Positions 20,081 through 30,913 of a stretch of 64,000 nt of DNA are shown piece by piece. The stretch covers positions 22,663 through 86,662 of the forward strand of contig JAZUSD010000102.1 in NCBI GenBank assembly GCA_045606545.1. The letters run 5' to 3'. A program made the translations under genes and the position numbers. Position 1 is the first letter of the stretch; every line of letters starts with the position of its first letter. This stretch comes from Acutalibacteraceae bacterium (GTDB taxonomy: Bacteria; Bacillota; Clostridia; Oscillospirales; Acutalibacteraceae). The notes under the pieces were generated by a model. That model searched no databases. It was not told the DNA's origin and saw only the letters and a program-made list of their open reading frames with translations.

Positions 20081-21559
20081 ATGAAATACTTTATCGGTGT
20101 GGATTTGGGCACATCATCATTAAAATTACTTTTAACTGATGTAAAAGGAAATGTAATCAATACAGTTACAAAGGATTATTCTGTATCATACCCAAAGTCA
20201 GGTTGGAGCGAACAGAACGCTGAGGATTGGTGGTCTGCTTTAAAGCTTGGTTTACCTGAGCTTATTAAAGATATTAACGGTGAAGATGTTGAAGGTATCG
20301 GTGTTGCAGGGCAGATGCACGGACTTGTAATTCTCGATGAAAGTGATAATGTTATTCGCCCTGTTATTCTCTGGAATGACGGCAGAACCTGGAAAGAAAC
20401 CGAATATCTTAATACGGTTATCGGTAAAGATGTTCTTTCTGAAAATACTGCTAATATAGCTTTTGCAGGCTTTACTGCACCCAAAATTCTTTGGGTAAAG
20501 GAAAACGAACCTGAAAACTTCGATAGAATTTCTAAAATAATGCTTCCCAAGGACTACATAAACTATTTGCTTACGGGTGTTCACGCTTGTGATTATTCCG
20601 ATGCTTCGGGTATGCTTCTTTTAGATGTTAAAAACAAATGCTGGTCAAAGAAAATGCTTGATATTTGCTCTGTTAAGGAAGGGCAAATGCCCAAGTTATA
20701 TGAAAGCTATGAAGTTATCGGTTCTGTTTTGCCCAAGATTGCTTCAGAACTAGGAATTAGCAGTAAGGCAATAGTTGTTGCAGGTGCAGGCGATAATGCC
20801 GCTGCAGCCGTTGGTACTGCAACAACAGGCGAGGGTAAATGCAATATTTCTCTCGGTACATCGGGAACTATATTTGTTTCTTCCGAAAAATTCGGGGTTG
20901 ATAAGTTTAATGCACTGCATTCCTTTGCTCACGCAGACGGTGGTTTTCATTTAATGGGTTGCATTCTTTCTGCCGCCTCTTGCCATAAATGGTTATGCGA
21001 TAAGGTTTTATGTGAGAAAGATTACGCTTTACTTGAAAATGAAATTGATACCTCTCTTTTAGGTAAAAACGAGCTCTTTTTCTTACCATATCTAATGGGT
21101 GAAAGAAGCCCTATAAACGATACTGATGCGACAGGTATGTTTATTGGTCTTCGTCCTGATACAAGCCGTTCTCAGATGCTTCTTGCAGTTTTAGAGGGTG
21201 TCAGCTTTGCTATAAGAGATAATATTGAAATTGCAAAATCTCTCGGTATTGATATTAAAGCAAGTTGCCTTTGCGGTGGCGGTGCAAAAAGCAAGCTGTG
21301 GAGGAAAATTTTAGCAAATGTTCTTGATATTCAGCTTAATATTCCTGTTGCAGAAGAAGGACCCGGTTATGGTTCTGCTATTCTTTCTATGGTTGGAGCA
21401 GGGGAATATAAAACTGTTTCAGAATGTGCAGAAAAGCTTGTTGGTATTAAAGAAAATGTTTTCCCTGAAGAAAAGCTTGTAAATCTTTATGAGGAAAGAT
21501 ACCAAAAATTCAAGCTCATTTACCCAACTGTTAAAGAGTTATATAAAGCTATAAAATAA
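20081..21559 (+). CDS. xylB: Xylulokinase (FGGY family)
   Basis: MKYFIGVDLGTSSLKLLL, GWSEQNAEDWW and GGGAKSKLWRKILANVL. Confidence 0.88.
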   Translation: MKYFIGVDLGTSSLKLLLTDVKGNVINTVTKDYSVSYPKSGWSEQNAEDWWSALKLGLPELIKDINGEDVEGIGVAGQMHGLVILDESDNVIRPVILWNDGRTWKETEYLNTVIGKDVLSENTANIAFAGFTAPKILWVKENEPENFDRISKIMLPKDYINYLLTGVHACDYSDASGMLLLDVKNKCWSKKMLDICSVKEGQMPKLYESYEVIGSVLPKIASELGISSKAIVVAGAGDNAAAAVGTATTGEGKCNISLGTSGTIFVSSEKFGVDKFNALHSFAHADGGFHLMGCILSAASCHKWLCDKVLCEKDYALLENEIDTSLLGKNELFFLPYLMGERSPINDTDATGMFIGLRPDTSRSQMLLAVLEGVSFAIRDNIEIAKSLGIDIKASCLCGGGAKSKLWRKILANVLDIQLNIPVAEEGPGYGSAILSMVGAGEYKTVSECAEKLVGIKENVFPEEKLVNLYEERYQKFKLIYPTVKELYKAIK

Positions 21560-21704
21560 ATTATTTAGTCGCTTTATTTTTATATAGTCAGGCGACTTTT
21601 ATATGTTAATTTTTCATTAAGAAATATTACCGTTTATTGACTATACTGTTAAAAATTTGTATATTTGAATTATCGTAAAATAGAATTTTCAAGAAGGTGA
21701 ATTG

Positions 21705-23039
21705 ATGAATTTCGAAAAACTCAATAACTACACAACTATTAAGGAAGAAATCTGCCGTAATAATGACAGTATTGCTCCCGAGCTCTATAAAGAACATGCT
21801 GTTAACAAAGGTCTTCGTGATATGAATGGTAATGGTGTTGTAACAGGTCTTACCAACATCTCAAAAATTGTTTCATCAAAAATAGTTGACGGAGAAAAAG
21901 TTCAGTGCGATGGTGAGCTCTGGTACAGAGGTTACAAAGTTCAGGATTTAATAAATAACCTTGGAGAAAATGAATTCGGTTTTGAAAAAATCGCATATTT
22001 ACTCTTACTTGGTGAAATGCCAGATAAGGATGAGCTTAAAGAATTTAAGAAATATATCCGTGATTGCAGAACTCTTCCCAATAACTTTACTCGTGATGTT
22101 ATTATGAAAGCTCCCAGCTGTGATATAATGAACTCTATGACGAGAAGTATTCTCACTCTTGCATCTTATGATAAAAATGCAATTGATACTACTATTCCTA
22201 ACGCTTTAAGACAGTGCATTCAGCTTATAAGCACTTTCCCGCTTCTTGCAGTTTATGCTTACCATGCCTATAACTACTCCGAAAAGCATGAGAGTATGAT
22301 TATTCACAGACCTGACCCAAAGCTTTCAACTGCTGAAAATATTCTTTTAATGCTTCGACCTGATAAAAAATACACTAAAACTGAAGCAAAGGTTCTTGAT
22401 ACCGCTCTAATTCTTCATATGGAGCACGGTGGCGGTAACAACTCGACCTTCACAACACGTGTTGTTACATCATCGGGTTCTGACACCTATTCAACCATCG
22501 CTGCAGCTATGTCATCCCTCAAAGGACCGAAGCACGGCGGTGCTAATATAAAGGTTATGGAAATGATTACAGATATTAAAGCAAATGTCCCGGACTATGA
22601 CAATAAAAATGCTTTAAGCCAATATCTTGAAAAAATCATAGATAAGCAGACTTTTGATAAAAAAGGTCTTGTTTATGGTATGGGGCACGCTGTATATTCA
22701 CTTTCTGATCCACGAGAAAAAGTTTTCAGAAGCTATGTTGAGGATTTAGCAAAGGAAAAGGGCAGAGAAAGAGATTTAATGCTTTATGAAAATATTGAAG
22801 AGCTTGCGCCCATCCTTATTGCACAGAAGAGAAAGATTTATAAGGGTGTAAGTCCCAATGTAGATTTCTATAGCGGTTTTGTTTATGATATGCTGGGGAT
22901 TCCTCAGGAGCTTTATACAGCAATGTTTGCAATTGCTCGTATTGTTGGCTGGAGTGCACATAGAATTGAGGAGCTTATCTGCGTTGATAAAATAATCCGC
23001 CCTGCATATAAGAGCATTATGGAAGAGAAAAATGTTTGA
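21705..23039 (+). CDS. Citrate synthase
   Basis: HMEHGGGNNSTF, GPKHGGAN and GMGHAVYSLSDPRE signatures. The ATG at 21705 lies after GAAGGTGA. Confidence 0.9.
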   Translation: MNFEKLNNYTTIKEEICRNNDSIAPELYKEHAVNKGLRDMNGNGVVTGLTNISKIVSSKIVDGEKVQCDGELWYRGYKVQDLINNLGENEFGFEKIAYLLLLGEMPDKDELKEFKKYIRDCRTLPNNFTRDVIMKAPSCDIMNSMTRSILTLASYDKNAIDTTIPNALRQCIQLISTFPLLAVYAYHAYNYSEKHESMIIHRPDPKLSTAENILLMLRPDKKYTKTEAKVLDTALILHMEHGGGNNSTFTTRVVTSSGSDTYSTIAAAMSSLKGPKHGGANIKVMEMITDIKANVPDYDNKNALSQYLEKIIDKQTFDKKGLVYGMGHAVYSLSDPREKVFRSYVEDLAKEKGRERDLMLYENIEELAPILIAQKRKIYKGVSPNVDFYSGFVYDMLGIPQELYTAMFAIARIVGWSAHRIEELICVDKIIRPAYKSIMEEKNV

Positions 23040-23116
23040 AATTTCTAGTTGATATTTTGTTTCATTTAATGTATAATACCTTTGGTGTGAAACGAAACTA
23101 AAATTCAGAGGTGAAA

Positions 23117-23347
23117 ATGATGAAAAAAGTTATTTGTAAAGTTGAGTATGACACTGCAGCAGCAGAGCTTGTAAAAAAGAATACTTTTGGTGAGTTCGGT
23201 GACCCTGCAGGTTACGAAGAAAGCCTTTATAAAACTGCAGACGGCAAATTCTTCCTTTATGTAAACGGTGGCGAAGAATCACCTTATACAGAAGAAAACA
23301 TTAAAAGAATGTCTGCGGCTAAAGCAGAAGAATGGCTCACAAAATAA
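23117..23347 (+). CDS. Small hypothetical protein (76 aa)
   Basis: AGAGG lies 6 nt upstream of the ATG at 23117. A consensus-like promoter (TTGATA-17-TGTATAAT) lies upstream, and a terminator follows. Confidence 0.5.
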   Translation: MMKKVICKVEYDTAAAELVKKNTFGEFGDPAGYEESLYKTADGKFFLYVNGGEESPYTEENIKRMSAAKAEEWLTK

Positions 23348-23354
23348 TCAATTA

Positions 23355-23394
23355 CAAAAAAATGCAGTAGGCGATGAACCTGCTGCATTTTGCT
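23355..23394. terminator. Bidirectional terminator
   Basis: AAATGCAGTAGG / CCTGCTGCATTT stem (one G-U pair), flanked by A and T runs. Confidence 0.7.
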
Positions 23395-23401
23395 ATATTT
23401 A

Positions 23402-23956
23402 TTAGAATTTCATTCCGTATGCCGCGCCTGTTGGTTTTTCCTGAAGAAGAGTGAAGCCGTTTCGCTCATAAAAGCGCCTTGCACCCTCGTTTTCAATTCC
23501 GACGATTAACATAACCCCTTTAACATTCTCTTCTCTAAGGTGGTCGCAAAATGCTTTAATAAGCTTTGAACCGATACCCTTTGACTGATAATCAGGGAGA
23601 ATATCAATGTGCAGGTGAGCAGGGTAGTCCTTTTTATAAATTGCGTGGTCATACATTTCTGTAAGAGCTTCTGCTAAAAATCTTCTTTCTTCAATTTCAG
23701 CAACTGCGTTGATATATTCCGAGAAATTCTCCTGATAAATATCATAATCCTTAACGCCATATATATAACCGATAGGTTTATCGTTTTCATCAACTGCAAC
23801 AAAACAATTTTCCGGCTCTTTTTCAAGGTAATATCTGCAGAACATTATTTCAACATATTCTAATACGGTTTCCCAGCCTTTTTTACCAATCATATCGTGA
23901 ATGCAAACATATTTTGTTGCTTCAAAATCTTTTTCCTGATATTTTCTTATATTCAT
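23402..23956 (-). CDS. GNAT family N-acetyltransferase
   Basis: HIDILPDYQSKGIGSKLIKAF...ARRFYERNGF acetyl-CoA-binding motif. Confidence 0.8.
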   Translation of the reverse strand: MNIRKYQEKDFEATKYVCIHDMIGKKGWETVLEYVEIMFCRYYLEKEPENCFVAVDENDKPIGYIYGVKDYDIYQENFSEYINAVAEIEERRFLAEALTEMYDHAIYKKDYPAHLHIDILPDYQSKGIGSKLIKAFCDHLREENVKGVMLIVGIENEGARRFYERNGFTLLQEKPTGAAYGMKF

Positions 23957-24072
23957 TATCTACTCCTGAAAAGTTTTTTCTCATTATACCAATAAAAATG
24001 GTAAAAGTCTATTTATTTTAAAAGAAATATGTGATATTATATTGAAAAAGTACATATTTAGGAAGTGACACT

Positions 24073-24996
24073 ATGAAAGAAATCAATAATGGTGTTTATC
24101 CAACAATGATAACTCCTTTTACTGATGACAATAAAATTGACTATAACGGTGTTAAAGAATTGCTGAATTGGTATGCTGAAAAAGGTGTTGACGGTATTTT
24201 TGCTATCTGCCAGAGCAGTGAAATTTTCTTTTTAAGCTTTGAGGAAAGACTTGAGCTTTTAAAGTTTATTATGGCAAACAAGCCCGAAGGAATGTCTATT
24301 GTTGCATCAGGTCATACTGCAGACGACTTAGATACACAAATTGAGGAAGCAAAGGCTTTTATTGCTTGCGGTATTGATGCTTATGTTTTCATTTCCAACA
24401 GATTTGCAAAAGAAGATGAAGACGATGATGTTTATTTAAAAAATATGGAGTATGTTGCTTCAAAGCTTCCTGAAATCCCTTTAGGTGTTTATGAATGTCC
24501 TTATCCCTATAAGCGTAAAATTTCACCCTATGTTTTGAAGAAAATGGTTGAAAGCGGTAATTATCAGTTTATTAAAGATACATGCTGCAGTCTTTCCGAG
24601 CTTAAAGAAAAGCTTGATATTATCAACGGAACAAGCGTTAAGCTCTTTAATGCAAATGCAGCAACTCTTTTAGAAAGCATTAAAATGGGCGCTCTCGGTT
24701 ATTCAGGTGTTATGGCAAACTTCCACCCTGAGCTTTATGTTGAGCTTTTTAAGTCATATAACGAGGGAGACAAAGAAAAATCAGAGTTCCTGCAGAATAT
24801 GGTTGGTTATTTTTCTGTTACAGAATGCCAATGCTATCCTGTAAATGCAAAATATTATGTAGGTCTTGATGGTGTTAATATCGGCATACATACAAGAACA
24901 AGGAACCCAGCAGAGCTTACAGAAAGCAGAAGACTTGAAATCGAACAGATGTATGTTTTTACTGAAACAATAAAAAAGAAATTTAATATACAATAA
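24073..24996 (+). CDS. DapA/N-acetylneuraminate lyase family class I aldolase (paralog, not the lysine-pathway DapA)
   Basis: YPTMITPFTDDNKIDYNGVKELLNW...GVDGIF, and a candidate Schiff-base Lys in FIKDTC. The genuine dapA lies at 51.4 kb. Confidence 0.75.
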   Translation: MKEINNGVYPTMITPFTDDNKIDYNGVKELLNWYAEKGVDGIFAICQSSEIFFLSFEERLELLKFIMANKPEGMSIVASGHTADDLDTQIEEAKAFIACGIDAYVFISNRFAKEDEDDDVYLKNMEYVASKLPEIPLGVYECPYPYKRKISPYVLKKMVESGNYQFIKDTCCSLSELKEKLDIINGTSVKLFNANAATLLESIKMGALGYSGVMANFHPELYVELFKSYNEGDKEKSEFLQNMVGYFSVTECQCYPVNAKYYVGLDGVNIGIHTRTRNPAELTESRRLEIEQMYVFTETIKKKFNIQ

Positions 24997-25009
24997 GGAG
25001 AGAAAAACA

Positions 25010-25234
25010 ATGGCGGAATTCAAATATGAAATCCAGGAAAACTTAGGAGAAATTTCTGAAAGCGGTAAAGGTTGGACAAGAGAGCTTAACCTCATTTCCT
25101 GGAACGGTGGCAAACCTAAATACGATATTCGTGATTGGGCACCCGACCACGAAAAAATGGGTAAAGGTATTTCTTTAACAAAAGAGGAGCTTGAAGCACT
25201 TTATGACCTTATCGGCGAGGCTTTAGGTAAATAA
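25010..25234 (+). CDS. PC4/YdbC-like single-stranded DNA-binding protein
   Basis: 74 aa containing GWTRELNLISWNGGKPKYDIRDW, as in the YdbC (PC4-like) family. Confidence 0.65.
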   Translation: MAEFKYEIQENLGEISESGKGWTRELNLISWNGGKPKYDIRDWAPDHEKMGKGISLTKEELEALYDLIGEALGK

Positions 25235-25245
25235 ATCACATAAGT

Positions 25246-25278
25246 AAAGGAGAGGTAAAAACCTCTCCTTTGTTTTTT
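25246..25278. terminator. Bidirectional terminator
   Basis: AAAGGAGAGGT-AAAA-ACCTCTCCTTT plus GTTTTTT. Confidence 0.85.
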
Positions 25279-25282
25279 CACT

Positions 25283-27568
25283 TTATATTCTCTTTCCTTG
25301 GCAATAGATTTCTATGCCTTCTGTGTTACCGTCAAGGTTGTAGTTAACCATTTTGCCGTTTTTCCATTCAATGCTGACTGTGATATTGCCAATTGCTTTA
25401 AGTCCTGTTACTTTGCCGTTTTTCCAACTGCTCGGAAGGGCAGGAAGAAGGAAAATTTTGCCTTCTCTTGACTGAAGAAGCATTTCTGCAATACCTGCTG
25501 TGCAACCGTAGTTACCGTCAATCTGGAACGGGGGATGAGCATCAAAAAGATTGGGATAAGTTCCGCCGCCGCGGTATCTTACATTTCTTACTGCGGGAAC
25601 GGGTCTTAACTGCATATCAAGAAGCTTCAATGCGTGGTCGCCGTCCCAAAGACGAGCCCACATATTGATTTTCCAACCTAAGCTCCAGCCTGTACCGTTA
25701 TCACCGCGTAGTTCAAGAGAACGAATACAAGCCTTAACTAAATCAGGTGTTTCATCGGGAGTAATAAGGTTACCGGGATGAAGTCCGTAAAGGTGGGATT
25801 TATGTCTATGGTCAGGCTCGTGTTCTTTAAGCTCCTTATACCATTCAAGAAGCTCACCGCGACTACCGATTTTAAAGGGTAAAAGTCTTGGTAACGCTTT
25901 TCTCATTGCCTCGATATCTTCATCATTTTCACCAAGAATTTCAGCGGCTTTAATGGTGTTAGCGAACACCTCTTTAACAATGCTCATTGTCATTGTTGTA
26001 GTTTCGCTCAAGCTCATTGCAACGCCATCAATAAGGAACTCGTTTTCAGGTGAGGTTGAGGGCGCCATTATTAAATAGCCGTCTTTATCTTCAATAAGCA
26101 AATCAAGAATAAACTGAATACATTTTTTCATTATGGGGTACGCAGTTTCTTTTAAGTAATGCTTATCGTTTGTATATAAATAGTGATTGAAAACATGCTG
26201 ACAGAACCAGGCACCTGACATATTCCAGAACCCCCATTGAGCATCACCGCAAGCAGGGTCGCAATATCTCCAGATATCAACGTTATGATGAGCGCAGAAG
26301 CCACGGGCACCATAAATCTCTTTAGCTGTTCTTTCACCCTTAACGGATAAATCTTTAACCAAATCTATAACAGGTTGGTTGAATTCTGCAAGGTTGCAGG
26401 GGAGGACGGGCCAATAGTTCATTTCGGTATTGATATTAACTGTGTAGTTAGAGCTCCACGGTGGAGCAACCTTATCATTCCAGATACCCTGCAGGTTAGT
26501 TGCCTGAGAACCTGCTCTTGAACCTGAAATAACCAAATATCTGCCGAAATTGAAAATGAGAGCGTAAAGAGCAATATCACTTTCGCCTTTGTTATGCTTT
26601 ATAAGACGTTTATCGGTTGGAATGTTACCCTTTTTGTCAGTTCCGATGTCAAGGCTTACTCTGTTAAAATAACTTGAAAAATCGTTTATATGTGCAGTTT
26701 TAAGAGAAGCAAAATCATCTGCATTAACCTTTTCAAGCTTTTCAAGACAGGCATTTTTATATTCTTTACCCTCTAAAACAGGGTGTTTATCATAACCATT
26801 AAAAGAGTTTTCTGTGCAGAAAATAACAGTTGCATTTTTAGCATTTGAAACCACAATTGATTTTGTTTTATATTCAACCTTACCATCTGTTACAACCTTT
26901 AAAGCACAACGAAAATGAGTACCCTGAAGTGCAGGGTCGTCAGGATATTGAGGAGCGTCAAGACGAGCATAAGTATCCTGATTGCAAGGAGAATCAGAGG
27001 GTGCCATACCGTCTAAAATCAAAACTCCGTTTTCACAGTAGGATTTACCATTTAACTGTGTTGTAAGTGAAATTTCAAAATTAAGCGCCTTCTGATTACA
27101 AGAAAGATTCTCAATATAAGCATCATCAATTGCACTTACAAAGCTTTCTCTTTTAAATTTATATTTACCTCGGGAATATGTAACGGTATTAATGCCTGTT
27201 TCTAAATCAAGCTGTCTTTCATAATCTTTTAAAAAACAAGTGTTTTTGAACTTGTATTTAATGTGAGAAAGCGGCATATAAGCCTGAGAACAATGAGCAA
27301 GAACCTTGTCCTCAATAATATCCTGAGCTTTTCTGTATTCACCCTTCATTGCCAAATCTCTCGCCTTTATAAAAGCTTCATTTGCACCTTCTTTTACTTG
27401 AGAAGGGCGTGGGAAGCCTGTCCAGAGAGAATCTGAGTTCATTGCTATTGTTTCGTTGTCAGTTCTGCCATAAACCATAGCACCAAGAAAACCATTACCT
27501 AAAGGCATTGCCTGTAGCCATTCTTTAGCGGCAGATTTGTAAAATAATACTTTTGAATCGTTTACCAT
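25283..27568 (-). CDS. GH95 alpha-L-fucosidase
   Basis: The N-terminus ([27 protein letters not shown]...SDSLWTG) and catalytic-domain motifs ([15 protein letters not shown]) are typical of GH95. The ATG at 27568 lies after AAGGTGG. Confidence 0.88.
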   Translation of the reverse strand: MVNDSKVLFYKSAAKEWLQAMPLGNGFLGAMVYGRTDNETIAMNSDSLWTGFPRPSQVKEGANEAFIKARDLAMKGEYRKAQDIIEDKVLAHCSQAYMPLSHIKYKFKNTCFLKDYERQLDLETGINTVTYSRGKYKFKRESFVSAIDDAYIENLSCNQKALNFEISLTTQLNGKSYCENGVLILDGMAPSDSPCNQDTYARLDAPQYPDDPALQGTHFRCALKVVTDGKVEYKTKSIVVSNAKNATVIFCTENSFNGYDKHPVLEGKEYKNACLEKLEKVNADDFASLKTAHINDFSSYFNRVSLDIGTDKKGNIPTDKRLIKHNKGESDIALYALIFNFGRYLVISGSRAGSQATNLQGIWNDKVAPPWSSNYTVNINTEMNYWPVLPCNLAEFNQPVIDLVKDLSVKGERTAKEIYGARGFCAHHNVDIWRYCDPACGDAQWGFWNMSGAWFCQHVFNHYLYTNDKHYLKETAYPIMKKCIQFILDLLIEDKDGYLIMAPSTSPENEFLIDGVAMSLSETTTMTMSIVKEVFANTIKAAEILGENDEDIEAMRKALPRLLPFKIGSRGELLEWYKELKEHEPDHRHKSHLYGLHPGNLITPDETPDLVKACIRSLELRGDNGTGWSLGWKINMWARLWDGDHALKLLDMQLRPVPAVRNVRYRGGGTYPNLFDAHPPFQIDGNYGCTAGIAEMLLQSREGKIFLLPALPSSWKNGKVTGLKAIGNITVSIEWKNGKMVNYNLDGNTEGIEIYCQGKRI

Positions 27569-27710
27569 AGAGAACACCACCTTGTGTTAATAGTTGTATT
27601 CTACAATATAAATATAATAAAATCAACACATTTAATTTTTATAAACTGTTGTAAATACTTTTAAATTATGTTATATTTATTTTGTATTTTGGAAATTGAA
27701 GGTGATTTCA

Positions 27711-28958
27711 ATGAAAACAGTTTTAAGTAAACTTGATGCGGCTAAAATTAACCTTGATGCAAACACCGATTATATGGTAAATAAAATTACTGAAATCTGT
27801 GAAAAAATCGGACCGCGCGCTCCCGGTAGCAAGGAAGAATTCGCGGCTCAGCAGTCAATGGGAGAAGATATAAAGAAATGGTCAGATGATGTTTCTTTTG
27901 AAGAATTTATTGTTCATCGTCAGGCATTTATGGGTTTTATTCCTTTTACAGTTGCCATGGCAATTATTGCAACAATTCTCTATTTCAGTTATCCTCTTGT
28001 AGGCTTTTTGCTTACTGTTCTCGGATTTATTCCGCTTGTGCTTGAGTTTTTAATGTATAAGCAGTTCATTGATCCTCTTTTCAAAGGACACACCTCACAT
28101 AACCTTATTGCAACAAGAAAACCAACAAGTGAAACCAAGAAAAGAATTATTTTTGTTGGTCATTCTGATTCACAGTATGAATGGATTCTTAACTACAAGC
28201 TTGGCGGAACAGGAATGAAGCTGTTTCTTATTCCTGCAGTTGTGGGTCTTATTGCTTGTTGTATTGCAAGCTTAATTAAATTTTTGGTTCTTGAATTAAA
28301 GGGTGTTGAAGCTACAGGCGCAGAAACCTTCTTCCTTATTGTTGGTATTGTTCTTTGCATTTTTATTATTCCTTACATAGGCTTCCTTTTCTTCCAAAGC
28401 TATACCAAAAGCGTTCCGGGTGCAAACGATAATCTTTCAGGATGCCTTTCCGTTATGTCCGTTCTTAAATTAATGGATGAAGCTGACATCCGTTTTGAAA
28501 ACACAGAGGTTAAGGTTATTCTTTCCGGCTCAGAAGAAGCGGGTCTTCGCGGTGCAAAGGCTTATGCTAAAGCGCACGAAAAAGAGCTTAAAGAAATTGA
28601 AACTGTTGTTGTTGCTTGTGACACTATGCGCGACCTTAAAGATATGGCAGTATATGACAGAGATTTAAGCGGTACTTTAAAACACGATAAACAAGTTAAA
28701 GCGCTTGTTAAACAAGCTGCTCTTAACTGCGGATATGATATTCCCTATGCTTCAATTTATCTTGGTGCTTGTGATGCTGCTGCATTTACTCAGAAAGGTA
28801 TCAAGGCAACAGGCTTTGCCGCTATGGACCCAACACCGCCCAGATACTATCATACAAGACTTGATGCACCTGATATGCTCGTTCCTGAAGCACTTAAGGT
28901 TGGTGCAGAGGTTCTTCTTGAAACTGCGTTTTTATATGATGCAGAGGGCTTAAAATAA
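27711..28958 (+). CDS. Membrane-anchored M28 family metallopeptidase
   Basis: GHSDS, NDNLSG and SGSEEAGLRGAKAY zinc-ligand motifs, with several TM segments inserted. Confidence 0.8.
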   Translation: MKTVLSKLDAAKINLDANTDYMVNKITEICEKIGPRAPGSKEEFAAQQSMGEDIKKWSDDVSFEEFIVHRQAFMGFIPFTVAMAIIATILYFSYPLVGFLLTVLGFIPLVLEFLMYKQFIDPLFKGHTSHNLIATRKPTSETKKRIIFVGHSDSQYEWILNYKLGGTGMKLFLIPAVVGLIACCIASLIKFLVLELKGVEATGAETFFLIVGIVLCIFIIPYIGFLFFQSYTKSVPGANDNLSGCLSVMSVLKLMDEADIRFENTEVKVILSGSEEAGLRGAKAYAKAHEKELKEIETVVVACDTMRDLKDMAVYDRDLSGTLKHDKQVKALVKQAALNCGYDIPYASIYLGACDAAAFTQKGIKATGFAAMDPTPPRYYHTRLDAPDMLVPEALKVGAEVLLETAFLYDAEGLK

Positions 28959-28966
28959 TTTTTACT

Positions 28967-29003
28967 TTTGACCGTCATATATGGCGGTCAAAGTTCAGTT
29001 TTT
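28967..29003 (+). terminator. Probable terminator
   Basis: TTTGACCG / CGGTCAAA stem, with a T5 run 8 nt downstream. Confidence 0.45.
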
Positions 29004-29023
29004 GGATGTAGGAGTTTTAATCT

Positions 29024-29938
29024 GTGAATTATATCATAATGGACCTTGAGTGGAACAACACTTACTGCAAAAAGAAAAAAGGTTTTATGAATGAAATTAT
29101 TGAGATTGGTGCTGTTAAGCTTAACAGCAATCTCGATATTGTTGACACATTTTCTGTTTTCATTAAAGCTCAGTTAGGTAAAAAGCTTCACGCAAGAGTT
29201 AAAGAACTCACTAATATCACAAACGATGATATCAGCAGCGGTACACCATTTTCTCAGGCAATGTCCAATTTCAGAAAATGGGTTTCTCACGAAGAGAATG
29301 TTATTCTCACCTGGGGCGACACTGATATCAGAGTTTTAATAGAAAATTTCAAATATTTTAACGGTATTTCCTTTATTCCTTTTTTAAGCAATTATGTAAA
29401 TCTTCAAAAATATGCTCAGGCGTTTATGAATATTTCTAAGGCAGACCAGATAGGTCTTTCTGCAGCAGCAGAAAAGCTTGGTATCAATTTTGATGATTAT
29501 TCGCTTCACAGAGCTCTTGATGACAGTAAGCTTACCGCTGATTTATTTAAAAAGATTTTCAATGAAAATATGTTGAAATCATATACTTTAGTCTGTGACA
29601 ATTCCTTCTATTCAAAAATCACTTTCAAGCCCAAGGTTATTACAGATATTAACAGCTCTCTTATTGATAAATCAAAAATGGTTTGCCTTTGTGATGTATG
29701 CGGTTCTTCTTGCGAAAGAATCACAGATTGGAGAGTTATCAATCAAGCTTTCAGGGCTATTTTTCTATGCAAAAAATGCAAGAGAAAAATCAGGTTTACC
29801 ATAAGGTTTAAAGAGTATTATGACAGAATTGATATAAAATCTTCTTCTGTTCCGTTTATAGAAAAAAAAGAAATAAAAAATGTTGTTGCCGTTGAAGCAG
29901 GAACAAGTCAACAGAATAAATCGGAGGAACAATTATGA
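29024..29938 (+). CDS. DEDDh 3'-5' exonuclease with a C-terminal Cys4 zinc-ribbon-like extension
   Basis: Exo I motif IIMDLEWN, IIEIGAV, and Exo III motif HRALDDS. The C-terminus contains CLCDVCGSSC...CKKCKRK. GTG start 9 nt after AGGAG. Confidence 0.78.
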   Translation: MNYIIMDLEWNNTYCKKKKGFMNEIIEIGAVKLNSNLDIVDTFSVFIKAQLGKKLHARVKELTNITNDDISSGTPFSQAMSNFRKWVSHEENVILTWGDTDIRVLIENFKYFNGISFIPFLSNYVNLQKYAQAFMNISKADQIGLSAAAEKLGINFDDYSLHRALDDSKLTADLFKKIFNENMLKSYTLVCDNSFYSKITFKPKVITDINSSLIDKSKMVCLCDVCGSSCERITDWRVINQAFRAIFLCKKCKRKIRFTIRFKEYYDRIDIKSSSVPFIEKKEIKNVVAVEAGTSQQNKSEEQL

Positions 29939-30894
29939 ATTATCCTATTAAATTGCAACCTGTTTTTAAAGAAATTGTGTGGGGCGGTAATCGTTTAAAA
30001 AATGATTACGGCTTCAAATCTGACCTTAATAATATTGCAGAAGCCTGGATGCTTTGCGCAAGAAACGACGGTGACAATGTTGTTGTTAATGGTGAATTTG
30101 AGGGCAAATCTTTTACAGAGCTTATAAAAGAACGCAAAGAGCTCCTCGGTTCAAAAGGGGAGAAATATGAGGAGTTTCCTCTTCTTATAAAATTCATTGA
30201 TGCAAAATCTGATTTATCAGTCCAGGTGCATCCCGATGATGAATATGCAAAAAAATACGAAAACAGCTATGGTAAAACAGAAGCCTGGTATATTCTTGAT
30301 TGTGACGAGGGTGCCCAGCTTATTTACGGATTCAATAAAGAATTAACCCGGGATGAATTCAAAAAATCAATTGAAGATAACACTTTCCTTGATTATGTGA
30401 ATAAGGTTAATGTTAAAAAAGGTGATGTATTCTTCATTAATGCAGGTACTCTTCACGCAATCGGTGGTGGTATTCTTCTTGCAGAGGTTCAGCAGAACTG
30501 CAACACAACTTACCGTGTTTATGATTACGGCAGACTTGTTGAAGGCAAACCTCGTGAATTACACGTTGAAAAAGCACTTGATGTTACCGATACAGTTCCC
30601 CCAACCCGTTCAGGCGACCCTGATGGCGAAAAGATTGCTCTTGATGGTGCAGTTTCACAGGACCTTTGTTCTTGTGAATTCTTTAAAATGTCAACTCTTG
30701 ATGTTAACGGAACTTATATTTTCAATGTTGATAACGAAAGTTTTGTTTCACTTCTCGTAACAAAAGGCGAGGGTACAGTTGAATGCGGTGGCACAGTTAT
30801 TGAAATCGCATCAGGTGACAGTATTTTCGTTCCTGCAAACGCAGGTAAAACTGTTCTTAACGGTAGTTTTGAAGTATTAGTAAGTACACTTTAA
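29935..30894 (+). CDS. manA: Mannose-6-phosphate isomerase, class I
   Basis: LSVQVHPDDEYA, GKTEAWYIL and GTLHAIGGG. ATGA overlap with the upstream gene. Confidence 0.88.
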   Translation: MNYPIKLQPVFKEIVWGGNRLKNDYGFKSDLNNIAEAWMLCARNDGDNVVVNGEFEGKSFTELIKERKELLGSKGEKYEEFPLLIKFIDAKSDLSVQVHPDDEYAKKYENSYGKTEAWYILDCDEGAQLIYGFNKELTRDEFKKSIEDNTFLDYVNKVNVKKGDVFFINAGTLHAIGGGILLAEVQQNCNTTYRVYDYGRLVEGKPRELHVEKALDVTDTVPPTRSGDPDGEKIALDGAVSQDLCSCEFFKMSTLDVNGTYIFNVDNESFVSLLVTKGEGTVECGGTVIEIASGDSIFVPANAGKTVLNGSFEVLVSTL

Positions 30895-30913
30895 TCAATT
30901 TTTAGGTGGTTTT

